Shown here one piece after another: positions 12,510 through 26,063 of a stretch of DNA of 64,000 nucleotides. The DNA lies in assembly GCA_040954595.2 (NCBI GenBank), contig CM082579.2, positions 5,567,525-5,631,524 of the forward strand. The letters run 5' to 3'. The first letter of the stretch is position 1. Each line of letters begins with the position of its first letter. Source of the stretch: Balanoglossus misakiensis (lineage: Eukaryota; Animalia; Hemichordata). The position numbers were made by a program, and so were the translations under genes. The notes under the pieces are model-generated. The model saw only the letters and a list, made by a program, of their open reading frames with translations, was not told the origin of the DNA and searched no databases.

Positions 12510-15500
12510 GCCATTTGAAAATACATGTATGGGGGATGTACCAACAATCCCTGTTGAAAGCTGCGCTTATATCTGGTATAGGATTTCAAAAGGTGCAGAG
12601 TTCCTTTTAAAACCGACACTACTACCACAAGCACCCTGGTTTGGGCCACTGTGTCTGGTGCTATCCATCGACAACGCCACCAGCGTCAGCGACAGCAGCG
12701 GCACACAGACCCTTGTAAACATTCACACATGCCAAGCTTTAATACCGACGTACCATAAACGTAGGTGACGGCCAACAGCTCAACCAGTCCAATCAACAGT
12801 AAGGATAGCCCCGCAGCGTAAGAATTTTGCAACGCCAACCAATAGATGCCGGCCTGTGAACAAGAATGACGTTTGGCTATAATTACTGGTACATGTATTT
12901 TACCCTTGCCAAAGCTCAACTGTCCATCACTGAAGAAAACTGATAGTGTGTACGTTCCAACACATTACAGTCGCACCAAGTGACCACTTTCCAACACGTT
13001 TGAAAACTTTATTGGAATATGTAAATTAACCTGAGTCACGTGAGGTAGTCCCAGTAGGAAGAAGACGGTGCAGACGATGAGTGGCAGCAGCCAGCGCCTA
13101 CTTTTGGCGGTCTTCTTAAGTGTTTCAAATTCGTCCAGAAGCGGAGTGACCACTGACTCGACTATTACTGCCTGTTCTCGACGGACAAAAAAAAACAGAG
13201 GTTAAGCTTTTGACCGTCACATGATTTTAGATAATTATTCAAACGCACTTTTCACTTGGAAGTACGATTCAGATACATGTAACCTGAATATTGAAGACGT
13301 CGAAATAAGGTTATGTGTCTAAGTCCATGGAAATATATTATTTGCTAGACCTGAACTTGACTCAGCAAATCATGTGAGTTATATATGTGACCGTACACAT
13401 TAAACCAGGGACAAAAACTTACCAGTGAACCAACTCCCAGAGACATCAGCATGACAAAGAAGAGGATAGCCCAGAATGGAGAAGCTGGCAGTCTTGACAA
13501 CGCCTCAGGGTAAACGATAAATGTTAACCCAATGCCTGGAAGGTCAAAGTCAAATTTTACACAAAGAATCGAATATTAAATCTCTCTTAAGTTTGCTTGT
13601 TGAGTTACAATCAAAATGAATCTAGTCTATAGCTTCCTTCCGTGCAGATAATGTTAACCGGGAACTAGCAAACCAAAACAGGAATGACCGATAATTTGCC
13701 TTATACTGCAAGGAAACAGACTTTAAAATTTATAGCGCCACAATACCTGAAGCGACTACGTCATCAACACTCTGTCCAGTCTCGTGCGCCATGAATCCAA
13801 GAACGGAGAAGACGGCAAAACCGGCGAAGACGCTCGTCCCGCAATTCAGAAGGGGAATCATCATGGCGTCACTGCAACAATAAAATCGGTCGACATTTGA
13901 CGTTGTAGTACTGACCATGCAGGCACCTGTTGTTTTAACAAACTTTAACATCTATGTGTGACGCCGCCACTCCATCTGTAAACGAAACACCGACAATACT
14001 CACAGGTACACGTTGTTGTGGAATTTGTTGTAGCTGGAAACCATGTGAAGTCCGCCATTGGCAATTCCAAGGGAGAAGAAAATCTGTGAGGCGGCGTCTA
14101 GCCATACCTAGTATTCGAGAAAGAAGAGCATGATACTTATTGAAGATTAAGGTAAAAGTTACACATGTTCGGGATTTCTCCAGCCATATGGTCTCTCCTC
14201 CCTCCCTCCTCCCCCCCCCCCCCACTCTCTCTCTCTCTCCCCTTCTCTCTCCGTTTCCCTCTCTCTGTTAACACACAAACCGAGAGAATCTCATTGTTGG
14301 ATTTCGTCATGTACCTTTGCGTCCAAGAGAAGGTCCCACTTCGGATACATGTAAAACTTGATACCCTCGGCAGCACCGGGCAAGGTTACTCCGCGAATGA
14401 GCACAATCAGAAGGACGGCGTACGGAAATAAGGCTGTGAAATACTCCACCTGTTGTGCCAAGAACAAGATAGCATAGCTTTAAAATTACACGCTCAATCA
14501 AATCATGATTACCGCTGCGTGGCATTCAGTCACACAGTGGCCGTCGGCGGCGCTATTGCCAGAACCACTCCAACCATCGTAATCACCGCCAACATCGTCA
14601 CCATCACCACCATAACAACTGTCACGCTGTCAGCGTGCAGAATCAACAGATTACTACGCCACCAACCTTTCCCAGAGACTTGACACCCTTGACCAAGGCG
14701 ACAAATGTTAACGTCCACGAGAGAAAAAGACACAAGGTCAGCTGCCAGACGATGGAACCCGTCTCTTCTATACCAGACGACTGTCTCAAAACATATCTCC
14801 TGCATAGAGTTAGACGCATCGATGAAGACATTAAGTGCAATGAAAATAAATGCTGGCTTGCTTTTTTAAAATAAGAATTAAGTTTGTTCTGTTTACTATT
14901 ATAGAGTCTAATTGATGTACATTTTACAAATCAGTGGTAATATATTCCATAATTACGCGACACAGGTGGAAATTTTTAGAAACGTCTTGTCTTGGTGAGA
15001 TAAGTAATTATGTATTTGTAACAGGAAATATATTTTTAGGGAAAATCTTACGAGAAGTACTCCTCACTGGCACTGGTTACGTTCGTTCCGTTAGCGGGCG
15101 CTGTCGCATTGACATCTCTATCGTCATAGCAATTATCTGTATTCCAATGATTGTTGCATCCCACCCAGGGTAAACTGGGCAGCGCTGTGAACGACGCGTA
15201 TGTGAAGTACAGCGCCCAGCACATGATGACGTTGTAGTAGATGGCTAACAGGCTGCACACTATCACCATGGCATAGCCCAATCCTAAATTACACGAGTAT
15301 TGAAAAAAAATGTGATGTAGTTTTGTCTTCGGATACATGTGATTATACGGTACCCGCCAATGACGGTCTCATCAATATGCCGGAGGAAAACTGACTGTTT
15401 ATTTTTTCTTGAACTATACCAAATTTTTAACATTCTTATTTTCTTCGGTTTTCAATGCGACTTCACACGTTTAGCAAGGAGAATGTGATCCTTTGCAAGG

Positions 15501-17637
15501 GAAACAGAATGGATACCAAATGGTACTTGCCCTTAAATAAAGGACTGCATTTCCAGACTCCGATACTCCCTTGACTTGCGTACTGCCCCAACGTCAGTTC
15601 GAGGAGAAACATTGGCATTCCGACAAAAAATAACATGACGACGTACGGTATTAAGAATGCTCCTAGATCCGGAGAGGGAGAGAGAGAAAGGGGGGAGAGA
15701 GAGAAGGGAAGATGGAGATTTTAGTAGATATTTTGTGTGGCGCGTCACAACATTTCTAACGCACTGGTGCCATGGACTCGGAAACCAAGTCGGAATGACC
15801 GCATTTTTTTACCTTCTACTATGCGGTTTGTTTTCCTAGCTATCATTTCTATCATTCTCTTTGTACAACTTCGTCCTACATGTACATGCGTTAGTCATAT
15901 AGATCACTCGAGGTATTTTGTATCAGGTAATCAACGACAAACGGGGATTACCATGGTTGCTGCATACTTGGGCGCCATATTGAAAAAAGGAGTCCACCTC
16001 AATGTTTGTCATATTTATGAGATTAACTCGTGACTCCGGTGCAGGCTATGGAAATATTTATAACGCATAAGACCTTGATCTAATTCCGTTAGAAGTAAAT
16101 ATCACCCACATTCTCGAGTCTGTTCGACTTTTACCAGTGGCACATAGTTTAAGGTCATAATTATTGATAATTGCACCCCTCAACATTCTGAAATACTTCT
16201 ATGTACACTCGCACAGGAAACAAATAACGCGGCTTGTAAAATTTATTGTCATGAGCACAGACAAAGTGGTGGTATTGATCATTGAGGTAGCCTTATTCGA
16301 TTAACAAGTGGTTCGGTATTCTAAACTGTGGCTTTAGACAACAGGCAAAGCGAGTGGTGACGAAACGTTCAATGTCGTCATCTTGGAAGTTTGCCGAACC
16401 AGGAGTTTTGCTTGAACGTGTAAATGATAAGAGTGCCCATATAACATTCAAGTGTTTACCAGGCTTGGTATTATAATGCTACTTTCCAGACACGTGTGGT
16501 CCTGTACTTTCTGAAAAGGCCAATCTGTCATATACTTATATGTGTTGTTAGCCTGAGTTACGGCTTTTTGTTTACTCTTCAACGTTGGCTCAGCGCCCAC
16601 ATCAAAATTGATGTGTCGTGCAGTCTGTTGCGCGCTCATAGGAAATTATATGGTACAACTGATGATTTAGTGAATACAAGTTGTAAGAAGTATATTTAGC
16701 AAGGCCTAATTTTTCAAGCATGCTGTTTTTTGGTCTTGATCGTCACACACCTGCACGGATCGGCGTGTCACCAGAGGACTAGACTATACATACCTCCGCC
16801 ATTTTCGTAACACAGATACGGAAACCGCCACACGTTGCCCAGGCCGACAGCATAGCCGAGGCACGACATGACGAACTCCGCCTTGCGGGACCAGTTCCCT
16901 CTCTCCACATTTTCGTCTCCGCCTTCGCCATGAGCTTGACCCACTTCTGTCAACTCGATGGTGCTCTTCGAAACGCTTTCGTTTTCAGCCTGGAAGGAGA
17001 TTTAGAAAAAAAAATTAAGTTTGGCTGACCAAAAGTGGGATGTTAATTGTCTGAAATGTCGCCATATTGGCGTCTGGTATTAAAATTCATGGCTCAGTAT
17101 ACTTTGAAAACAAAACTAAGCATCATAGGCTGCGTTCTTTGACATTATTTTCATAATTTTATAGCTGGGTGTATAATAGCTAAACATTTCACCGCCACCT
17201 AATTCAAACAGCCATAATTTATTAATTTATTGGAAATTGATTTATCGATAACCCCTTTGCAAGACCACGCCACTGTAGAAAGACTACCTTATCAATTATA
17301 ACTTTCCGTTCACTTGAAACTACATGAAAGTTTAGTAGGTCTGTTTTACTCTCACGGTGCCACGTTATAGAATTCGTGACAGCCCTATCACGGCTTTAGG
17401 GATTTCTGTATCACCCTCTCAGTGAAATATCTACAAAACGCTGATCGCCGAAAAATCGAGATTAGTTTTCGAAACGTTCATGAACTCTTTCTGTATAGTG
17501 ACAGTATAGTAGCTGGTACATCTAGCTATTGTATTTTTCCTTTGTGTATCTGGTGTGTTGAACAATATTCAAAGTTCAGTATATGAATTATGATCCAATC
17601 CATTTGTGCTTACCTGAGTCAAATCGTACGACTTCAT
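11240..17637 (-). CDS. SLC6/NSS Na+/Cl- dependent amino-acid transporter (GlyT2/ATB0,+-like scaffold), copy 1; 14 coding exons, 624 aa
   Basis: Exons 17637-17614, 16989-16794, 15662-15531, 15283-15052, 14799-14667, 14449-14315, 14107-14004, 13871-13747, 13535-13423, 13171-13031, 12853-12754, 12339-12221, 11758-11585, 11386-11240 join in one open frame (1875 nt). Motifs RGNW...[40 protein letters not shown]. The short first exon is the least certain. Confidence 0.92.
12476..12510. repeat. (TCTG)n microsatellite in an SLC6 copy 1 intron
   Basis: About 8 perfect TCTG units. Confidence 0.9.
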
Positions 17638-19474
17638 TTCTGCGTGTAATTTGTCTAGTCTTGTGACAGATCCGGTGTCGTATTAGAGGCTTCGGAACAC
17701 AGAGTTTGGCTTCCCCTCCCACGATGGTAGGTGCGGTCAACAGGGCGTCACCGTACTACGTCGTAGAACTTCTCAGCTAGCGTCGGGTACGAGTGCAGAC
17801 AACTCTCCCCGCCTCCTGTTCAATCCATGAATGTTGCCACCCCAACACAGGAATGGACGCAATGCTCTGCCGAACAATTTGGTTGCAGATTAATGCGCTA
17901 TGAATTATTACCCGTTATTACAGCTCGCAATTTATTGTCCTTTCAAAATGAGTACAACTGCATGGCTTCCAGTTGCCGCTTCGTTACACCAACTAACAGA
18001 CACAGTGGTGTCTTTCCGTGTGGCTTTGGGGACTCCTCTCTGTCACTCAGTATAGACTAATATGATGCAATTATTTCGACATGGGTCATATCAAGAAGAA
18101 TAGCGCACAACAGTGACATCTTTCACATATCAAAACGACCTGGTTCTTGGATGTTATATGACTCTTGTAAATGTTGATGTAGGTATTATAAATTAACGAT
18201 TTCACAGAGTTGTTTAGATTACCGATTTTCAATTTCAACAGTCAACCGTAACCTCGTTTCCTGACTTTGAAGACAATTCTTTTAGGTTTGTTCCAATCAG
18301 TCCGTTTCTTTTTTTAGATTTATATTAAGTTACCCAATCACTTGTCGGTGACCTTTGACCGGGACATATGACCCCCGGGATCCTGTGTTGCTTATTCAAT
18401 GGTAGCACCGCGAGCACAATAATCCAGTGGCCACACATTGCGGAGAGTTTGTTGGAATTATCAACACATGACTTACAAATCTACAACACGTATATGTATG
18501 TAATATGTAAATATTAAAACACAGTCTAGTTGGCTTAATAAAAAGCATATCACCATTTATTGATAAGAAATAAGAGGTACCCAGATGTTATTTCTAGAAT
18601 TCATTTTTTTCTCGATTAATTCTTCTAAAATGTTGACTTCCATGCCCTACGTATTGAGATAAAATTGCATTGCTTTGTTAACTTGATTAATATGTTATCT
18701 ATTATTCTAGTAAATGTGACAATTAAATATAGAAATGTTATTCGGCAAAATACATTTTGTATATAGTTGGTCGGCACTATGAGAAATTGCTAAAACACAC
18801 AAATACAAGACTTAGACTAGAATCGCCATAAACCCCCAAGAGTGGCCATTAAATTTAAGGAGAAACAAGGATACTTGAGCAGTAAAGCGTTTGTGTTCAT
18901 TATATGTTTGAAGTTAGGAGCGGAAACATGACGTGTATTTCTGTCGGCAGATTTCTGTACGTGTATTTTAAGTGGTGAAGTGACAATATGCCTCCTCTTA
19001 ATAGTTTTTACAGTTCACTTAAAAGACCTCTTCACGTTTGCAAACTGTCCCAATATCTCGTTACCCATCAAGCACCCCTTCACGCCTCACAGAAAGAAAC
19101 ATGTACAATTACAGAGAAGTGTTGACACATCTTAAAAACTTCTGCTTACCATTATTCCCTCCATACTCCGTCAACCCACACTTACTTCTGTCTATTAAAT
19201 GTTTGTCGATGGCTTTCAAGAGCAGTTTCACTCTCTCGCGGAACACTATTATTGACAAGAGGTATTGGTTTACCACTCGAGGGGGGTGGCTGAATAAAGT
19301 CTTGAACAGTGAAAGTTGTCAAACACACCCCTAGTTGGGATATTTACATCGTATACACTACACACAGTAGCCCAGTGACCCTCGCAAGTCCTTGAGTACT
19401 AGGCTATCAATTAGATAAATGGGTTCCTATAGTTCACTAATATATTACGTTTGATCGACGACCGGGATTTTCTT

Positions 19475-22400
19475 TCATTTGCCTCCCATTGATGGATCGC
19501 CAGGCCCTATATATCCCGTCAACTCTCTGTCGACTCTAATGATGCCAGCTTCTTTGCGGTGATGCTCCAACAACGGTCCCCATTCAGGAAGTGGTTTGAT
19601 GGAATGCCTCAGACGCTGAAAGTGCGATAGAAGAAAACAAAAGTCAGACTTTATTGAACTACTGCATGAAATCCTGCAGGGTAATGATATACGTACACGG
19701 CCACCCATCAAAGATAGATCAATTAGGTAGAGTCGCCATGCAATTACATTGTATCAACAAGTTTCGGTCCCGTACTCACCCATCGAAACCCATGACAAGA
19801 TCTCTATCTCTTATGGCCAAAGTTCACCCCGAAAGTGGTAGGTTCATTTCAAAATATCCATTCACCACTTACAACTCCTCCGTTAAAATCACTCACCTCC
19901 ATGAACGAGCCACTCTCTTTGCAAGCTAAATGATACACCATGTATATGAAGATGAAGCCGACGGACGCCATGACCATCATCCAAGCAACGATGGGATCAG
20001 CCCAGTAAGGGAAATTGTATGAGCCAAGGGTGACGGGTTGATAATCCAGGAACGAAAATATCATGACGAACTGTGAGAGAAACAAGGACTATTGTATAAT
20101 AGGTGTAGCTGTCCATTGTAATTCAGTACAAGAGATATCACGTGGCAACTTTACACAGTCACTCAACAATATTGCCATGGCGAGCTAACACTGACTCTCC
20201 TACTTACCAAGATTATGAGCGGCGCAATGAACATCGGTGCAATAGTGGTGGTGTAAACCAAACCCCAGTAAACGCATGACCTTTTGCCGACCATGACCTC
20301 AAGGTCTTTTAGCAGGTTTCTGAAACCTGGTTGTATAAATGGAAGTAAAATATTGTATGTAAAATATTGTATGTATTATCAATAGAAGTGTTTGACGAAC
20401 ACATTGTGTTTGGTGGTGATGTCCTTATTGGCGGGGTTATTGCTGTTTGTTTTTTTATAATGGCGGTGATGGTAGTTCTGGTGGTGGCGGTGACGACGGA
20501 CAGCGGATGTGACTCCAGTTATCCAGGTCACCCCTCTCCTTGCTATCGGTCAAATTAGTGGTCACCAGAGTATTGCGAGAGTACCAAACTATACGCGGTC
20601 TGAGAGCAAAAACTGAACTATGATAACCAGGTGGATTCGTTTTCTTACCATAAACCCAAGTGACAGCAATGAGTTCAAAAAATCCAATAATCAGCAGAGT
20701 TACACCGGCAGCGTAGGTGTTTTGCAAGACCAGCCAGTAGATACCTCCCTGTAGAAAATGAACAACAAACCGATTTGACATAATTCGGTTTGAACATTTG
20801 ATATAGGCTCCTAATGCAGACCCTTATCGTCCATGTTCAGGTTTCAATTCAAATTTATTCCGGAAGGTATCAGATCGTCAAACAGTCATATATAAGACAT
20901 ATATAACATGTCGAATTCTGCTGAACTATAAAACTAATCAAAAAGAGGGATAAAAAGCAATGAGATGACGTTACCTCGGTCACGTGGGGAAGGCCAAGAA
21001 TAAAGAAGACGGCACACAGAATGAGCGGCAAGACCCACTTTCGTCCCTTGACGAACTTTCGAATGAAATCAAAGTCGTCGTGAATGGAGGTGATCACGGT
21101 TTCCACGATGATTACCTAGAGTTAGACGAATACATGATATTGCAATCAATCAAACATCACTCTGCAACTGTCATAACCATATAATTTCTGTACAGCCATT
21201 ACACCATATGATCGAATACAATTCACTTTCTGTTGTTTTGAGTTTCGCTGACAAGTACATGATTTGCAAATCAAACAGTGTTTCGTGCCGAACTAGGCTG
21301 TCGAGATAATTAACGTTTCAAGCAGATGGACTGCTGCTGACCTTTCACGTCAAAATCTTTGAGCAAAGATGGAAGGTGGAACTGAAGATAGTTTACCAAT
21401 GAGCCGACGCCGAGAGTTATCAACATGATGAAGAAGAGAACAGACCAGAGGGGAGATATTGGTAGTCTTGACAACGCTTCCGGGTATGCGATAAAAGACA
21501 AGCCAACTCCTGAAAGAAATGTTGTATATCATTGTCAGCTTTCAGAAATTTCATACAGTCCTATATTTGTCATCCATTCTGGCATCATTTTAATATCTTA
21601 GGCACGCTTAGGACAGCCCCACCTCAGATTCGTTCATTCATGAGATTCAAGCCCTTGATCTAGTGAGATAAACAAAATGACCGCCATTATTCGCATGGAA
21701 TTATGGGATTTCTAAGCTTGTTGCTAACTCGACGTATGGTGGGTCCCATACGCGCAGCCGCAGATACTCGTCACTGAAACTACCTGAAAGTACATGTACC
21801 TGAATCGACAACGTCTTTCACTTCCTTTCCGGTTTCGTGAGCCATGAATCCCAGAACAGAGAAGATAGCGAAGCCTGCGAACACACTAGTCGCACAGTTC
21901 ATTATGGGGATGATTACGGCGTCACTGTAACAAAGAGGTTTGTATTTCAGTTATTGAACTGGTATCAGTGCCACCTCGCTCGGTTAAGAGTGATATTTTG
22001 TTATCCTATCACTCTACAGTTTTCATGGGGATACTTAATAAGGAACTCTGTCGTTGTTGTTCCATAATTGCATTCACAAAGTCTCTATCTTTCTACTTAC
22101 AGGTAAACGTTGTTGTGAAATTTGTTGTAGCTCGAGACCACGTGAAGTCCGCCATTAGCCGCACTCAGGGAGAAGAAGATCTGGGCTGCAGCGTCTATCC
22201 ACACCTATTGGAAACAATAATCAAACAATAATCAGTTCTCGAATAGTCTTATTGATTTACAGTAATGATGAATGTGACATTACCATAAATGCTAATTATA
22301 CTTAATAGGAAAAGAAGGAATACTACATACATTGGCATTGAGTAGGCGGTCCCATTCGGGATAAATGTAAAATTTGATGCCGTTTGCAGCGCCAGGAAGG

Positions 22401-22512
22401 GTTATTCCACGTATGAAGACGATCAGGAGAACAACGTACGGGAAGGTAGCCGTGAAGTAGACGACCTGATGGAATAACAAACTATTCCTGGTTAAAGATT
22501 TCATCGTCGACG

Positions 22513-22569
<57 letters not shown>

Positions 22570-25500
22570 GACAAAATATTGTTATCGCGTAGGCAAAAAA
22601 GGAAAGCACACTCACCTTACCGAGAGACTTCACACCTTTGAACAAAGTGAAAAAAGCCATTATCCACGACAGGAGAAGACATAGTGCCAACTGCCACACG
22701 ATTGTGCCCGTTTCCTCTATACCACTGGATTGTTTCAAGACGTATCGCCTACATTGGTGGAAGTATGAAATTCAATGTTTTAGCGTTTATTGAAATTGTT
22801 CGATTTGGGTACATGATACAGTGATAAAGATATGTATTCGAAATTGAATAATAGGTCACTTTCATGACCCCTATATGGGGTTGTCAAATTCAACATTTTG
22901 GACAAGAAAGGTATAAATTTATTTGAAATGTAGCCACCTTTGTAATTCAGTTCATACTTTATTTACAATTTTGAAGTTTTGCAGAGGTTTTAGACAACCT
23001 GGTGAATTCTTACCAACGGAAGTACGAGGATGCAAGGTCATGAAGGGGTCATGAAAATGGCCTGATGGGTAAAATGTCTTACGTGAAGTATTCCTCACTG
23101 GCGCTTGTGACGTTTGTCGCGTTAACTGGAGCTGTTGCATTGGGTTCTCGGTCGTCAAAACAGCTGTCGGTATTCCAGAGATTGTTACATCCGACCCAAG
23201 GCAAACTCGGTAAGGCCACGAACGACGCTACCGTATAGAAGACGGCCCAGCACATGACGACGTTGTAGTAGATCGCCACCAGGCTACTGAGTATCACCAT
23301 GGCATAACCCAGTCCTGAAATATTCGAGTAGAGAATACGGGAGACACCATCATTTGACAGGTGAGTTGTTGAGTAAGAGTCGTCATTTCATCTTTGATTG
23401 ATTGGTTCTGAGTTGATGCAGTGAGTGGGTGTATAGTTGGGCTGTGGTTAGTTAGTTTGGTTTGTTTATTGATTAAGTGAGTGAGTGAGAGAGTATGTGA
23501 GTGATTGTGTGAGTGAGCGAGTGAGGGATGGGGATGTATTTGGATTGACAACGGTCACACAGTGTAGTAGTTAGCTTACCTTTGAACAAGGGGCTACACT
23601 TCCAAACACCGATACATCCTTGGCTGGCGTACTGACCCAAGACCAATTCGACGAAAAACACCGGCATTCCAACAAAAATTAACATGATTGTGTAGGGTAT
23701 CAAGAACGCCCCTGTGAAAGTTGGAAGTACAAACATACTTTTATTATTTTGTATATCAAATTTTACGGTTATAATCATCCAATTCTGCGACACTGTAACA
23801 TTCCAATAACGAGAATATCATTACAATACATGAGTTTTCTCAAGTATTACATTGTATATTCGCTTTTCAGCATTTGCATGGCGAACGGGCGTATCGCTAA
23901 ACGACATTACGGAAGAAAATTTCTTCACGGTGAGCCTGGGTAAGTTGAGTACTTTACTCTCCGCATGCGCAGTGCTGTCCGCTTTCTCCAAGCGCTGATG
24001 CGTTTTCATACACACGTCATACGTCCACATACTCACCTCCGCCATTGGCGAAACACAGGTAGGGAAACCTCCACACGTTGCCAAGACCGACGGCGTAACC
24101 GAGGCATGACAGAATAAACTCCGCCTTGCGACCCCAATTCCCTCTTGCCACGTTCTCGTCGTCGTCGACATTTCCGCCCGATGTTTTCAACTCAATATCG
24201 CTCAAATTTCGAGGCTGTGGTATTGATATTGATGTGGTATTGTAAAGTAAAATAAAATAGAGATAAAAATTAGCGAAACGGACGAAAGATCACCATAAAC
24301 CCCAGATCAGGAAATAGTTTGTCAGATTCTTTTGAGTGTCCAACTTATTAAATTAATTATGATGCTATCGAAATCAGGACAACTGAAGGTACAACTCGCA
24401 CAGGTAACTAATTTTAAGGACAGGACGAACTTTTGATTTCCGCGTTCGGGTTGGTGCTATGTAACCGCCAATGGAACAATTCACGCAGTTGAGCCGAACA
24501 TGCAGTTATTGGCCAAGTTTCTCTGGCCACACAGTCACGTTTGTGTTGCTGCCCCACCATAAAACACGCCATCAAGCGCCAATGACAAGTTGAGGGGACG
24601 TCTCCATCGGTATTTACACATGTAGAACACGAGTCGTGACTTGAGAGCAGAAATCGATGTCGGTCTACATCGGTATGTCAGCTCTGGTCAGTTTACAAGT
24701 AGTCGCGTTGCATCGCGACACGACACCTTTATGACAACCGACTTAGAGTCTTTGTTGTTAGCGGAAGATTTGTTGAAGTTTATTGATTCTAGACGCCATT
24801 CCTGACCCCATTCCCTTTTCTGACATTCGTTTATACATGTACTTCAAGCAGCCTACATCCAGGGATTTTCATCATACTATCGCAAAGTCTACTGACACCT
24901 GATTCAGATATGCACATATTTCCAACCTGCTGTAGAAGGCGGGAACACGATTTCATAAATTGTAGTTTCCACGTTATATTTTGCAGAAGTTTGCTTTTAA
25001 AATTGAGTTTTGGAACAGTGTGGCCGTAAAACAAATATTTGACAACGTGTTCGCATTTTGAAACGTGTTTGCTGTTTGAAAGTAAATCATTTTGGTACTT
25101 CAATCATTTTTGATCGAAAGATTAAAACAAGATGGGAACTTTGATAGCGGATTTGACTTTTGATTAGATCTTATCGCAGAAGTCGTTCACCCACGTCCAG
25201 ATTTCTACTCCTAGTAACAGATAAACCAGCAGATTCCCGTAACAGGTACGAATGCCATGAGCTCTCGTCATAAACTTTCTTCCGTAGCCATCAGCTAAAA
25301 TCAATAGTAACTTGGAAAGTTTACAAAAAGGTGTTTAATAACGTATAAATCAGAGACAATAATAAACACCAAAACACTTCAGTTCTGGAGGATTTGTGAC
25401 AACGCGAAATTCCTATAAAATTGTATGGCGATCTTAAGGGTGGGGCGCATAGATTTGGTTCTTGTCCAAAATGGCCAACTTCGAGCGAATTGGAGTCAAG

Positions 25501-26063
25501 TTTTGAATTTTCTTGAATTGACCCCCTGGGCTTCAGATCAGACATTTCAAGAAGCGCCTTGGTGTTTTGAGGAATTAGCTATTATTTTAGCCGTTAATTA
25601 ATTTTCTTTGCGGTGTTTGTTACAAAACTGCAACGACAGGTGTTGATTCAGTGAGAAAAAGATGATGCAATCAGAAGGACACATAACGTTTCACTACATT
25701 ACGTGCGGTACACGTATAGCCGAAAGAAGAAGTTGGTCTCGATATTTTTCTTTTAATTACCCCAACTGATCCCATCACTAGGCGGTGACTTTTAATTTGC
25801 AAAAAGTTGTTGTCTTTGGTATAGCGCACTTGCCGCCAAATTCTCAGGACTCGGGAAAGTGCGTAACTGAAAATAAAGAAGGTGAAATGCATGGAAGACG
25901 CTAGTGCCATTTTGTTTGCTGACCCTGGAGTTCCAGAGCCTATGTTGGATTCAAACGTTAACGTTTACTATAAACTCGCTGGAAAAGTCCTCAATTTGTT
26001 TCTCAAAGTGTTTTTACCTACCTGATCATAATTATCCTGGCGTGTCTTATAGGTCCCCAACAT
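19475..26063 (-). CDS. SLC6/NSS transporter copy 2; 14 coding exons, 622 aa
   Basis: Exons 26063-26022, 24214-24037, 23711-23580, 23314-23083, 22748-22616, 22465-22331, 22204-22101, 21924-21800, 21509-21397, 21115-20975, 20748-20649, 20326-20208, 20070-19897, 19615-19475. Exons 3-13 have the same lengths as in copy 1; all introns GT-AG; frame open. Confidence 0.92.
22514..22568. repeat. (CAT)n microsatellite in intron 5 of SLC6 copy 2
   Basis: About 18 perfect CAT units. Confidence 0.95.
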
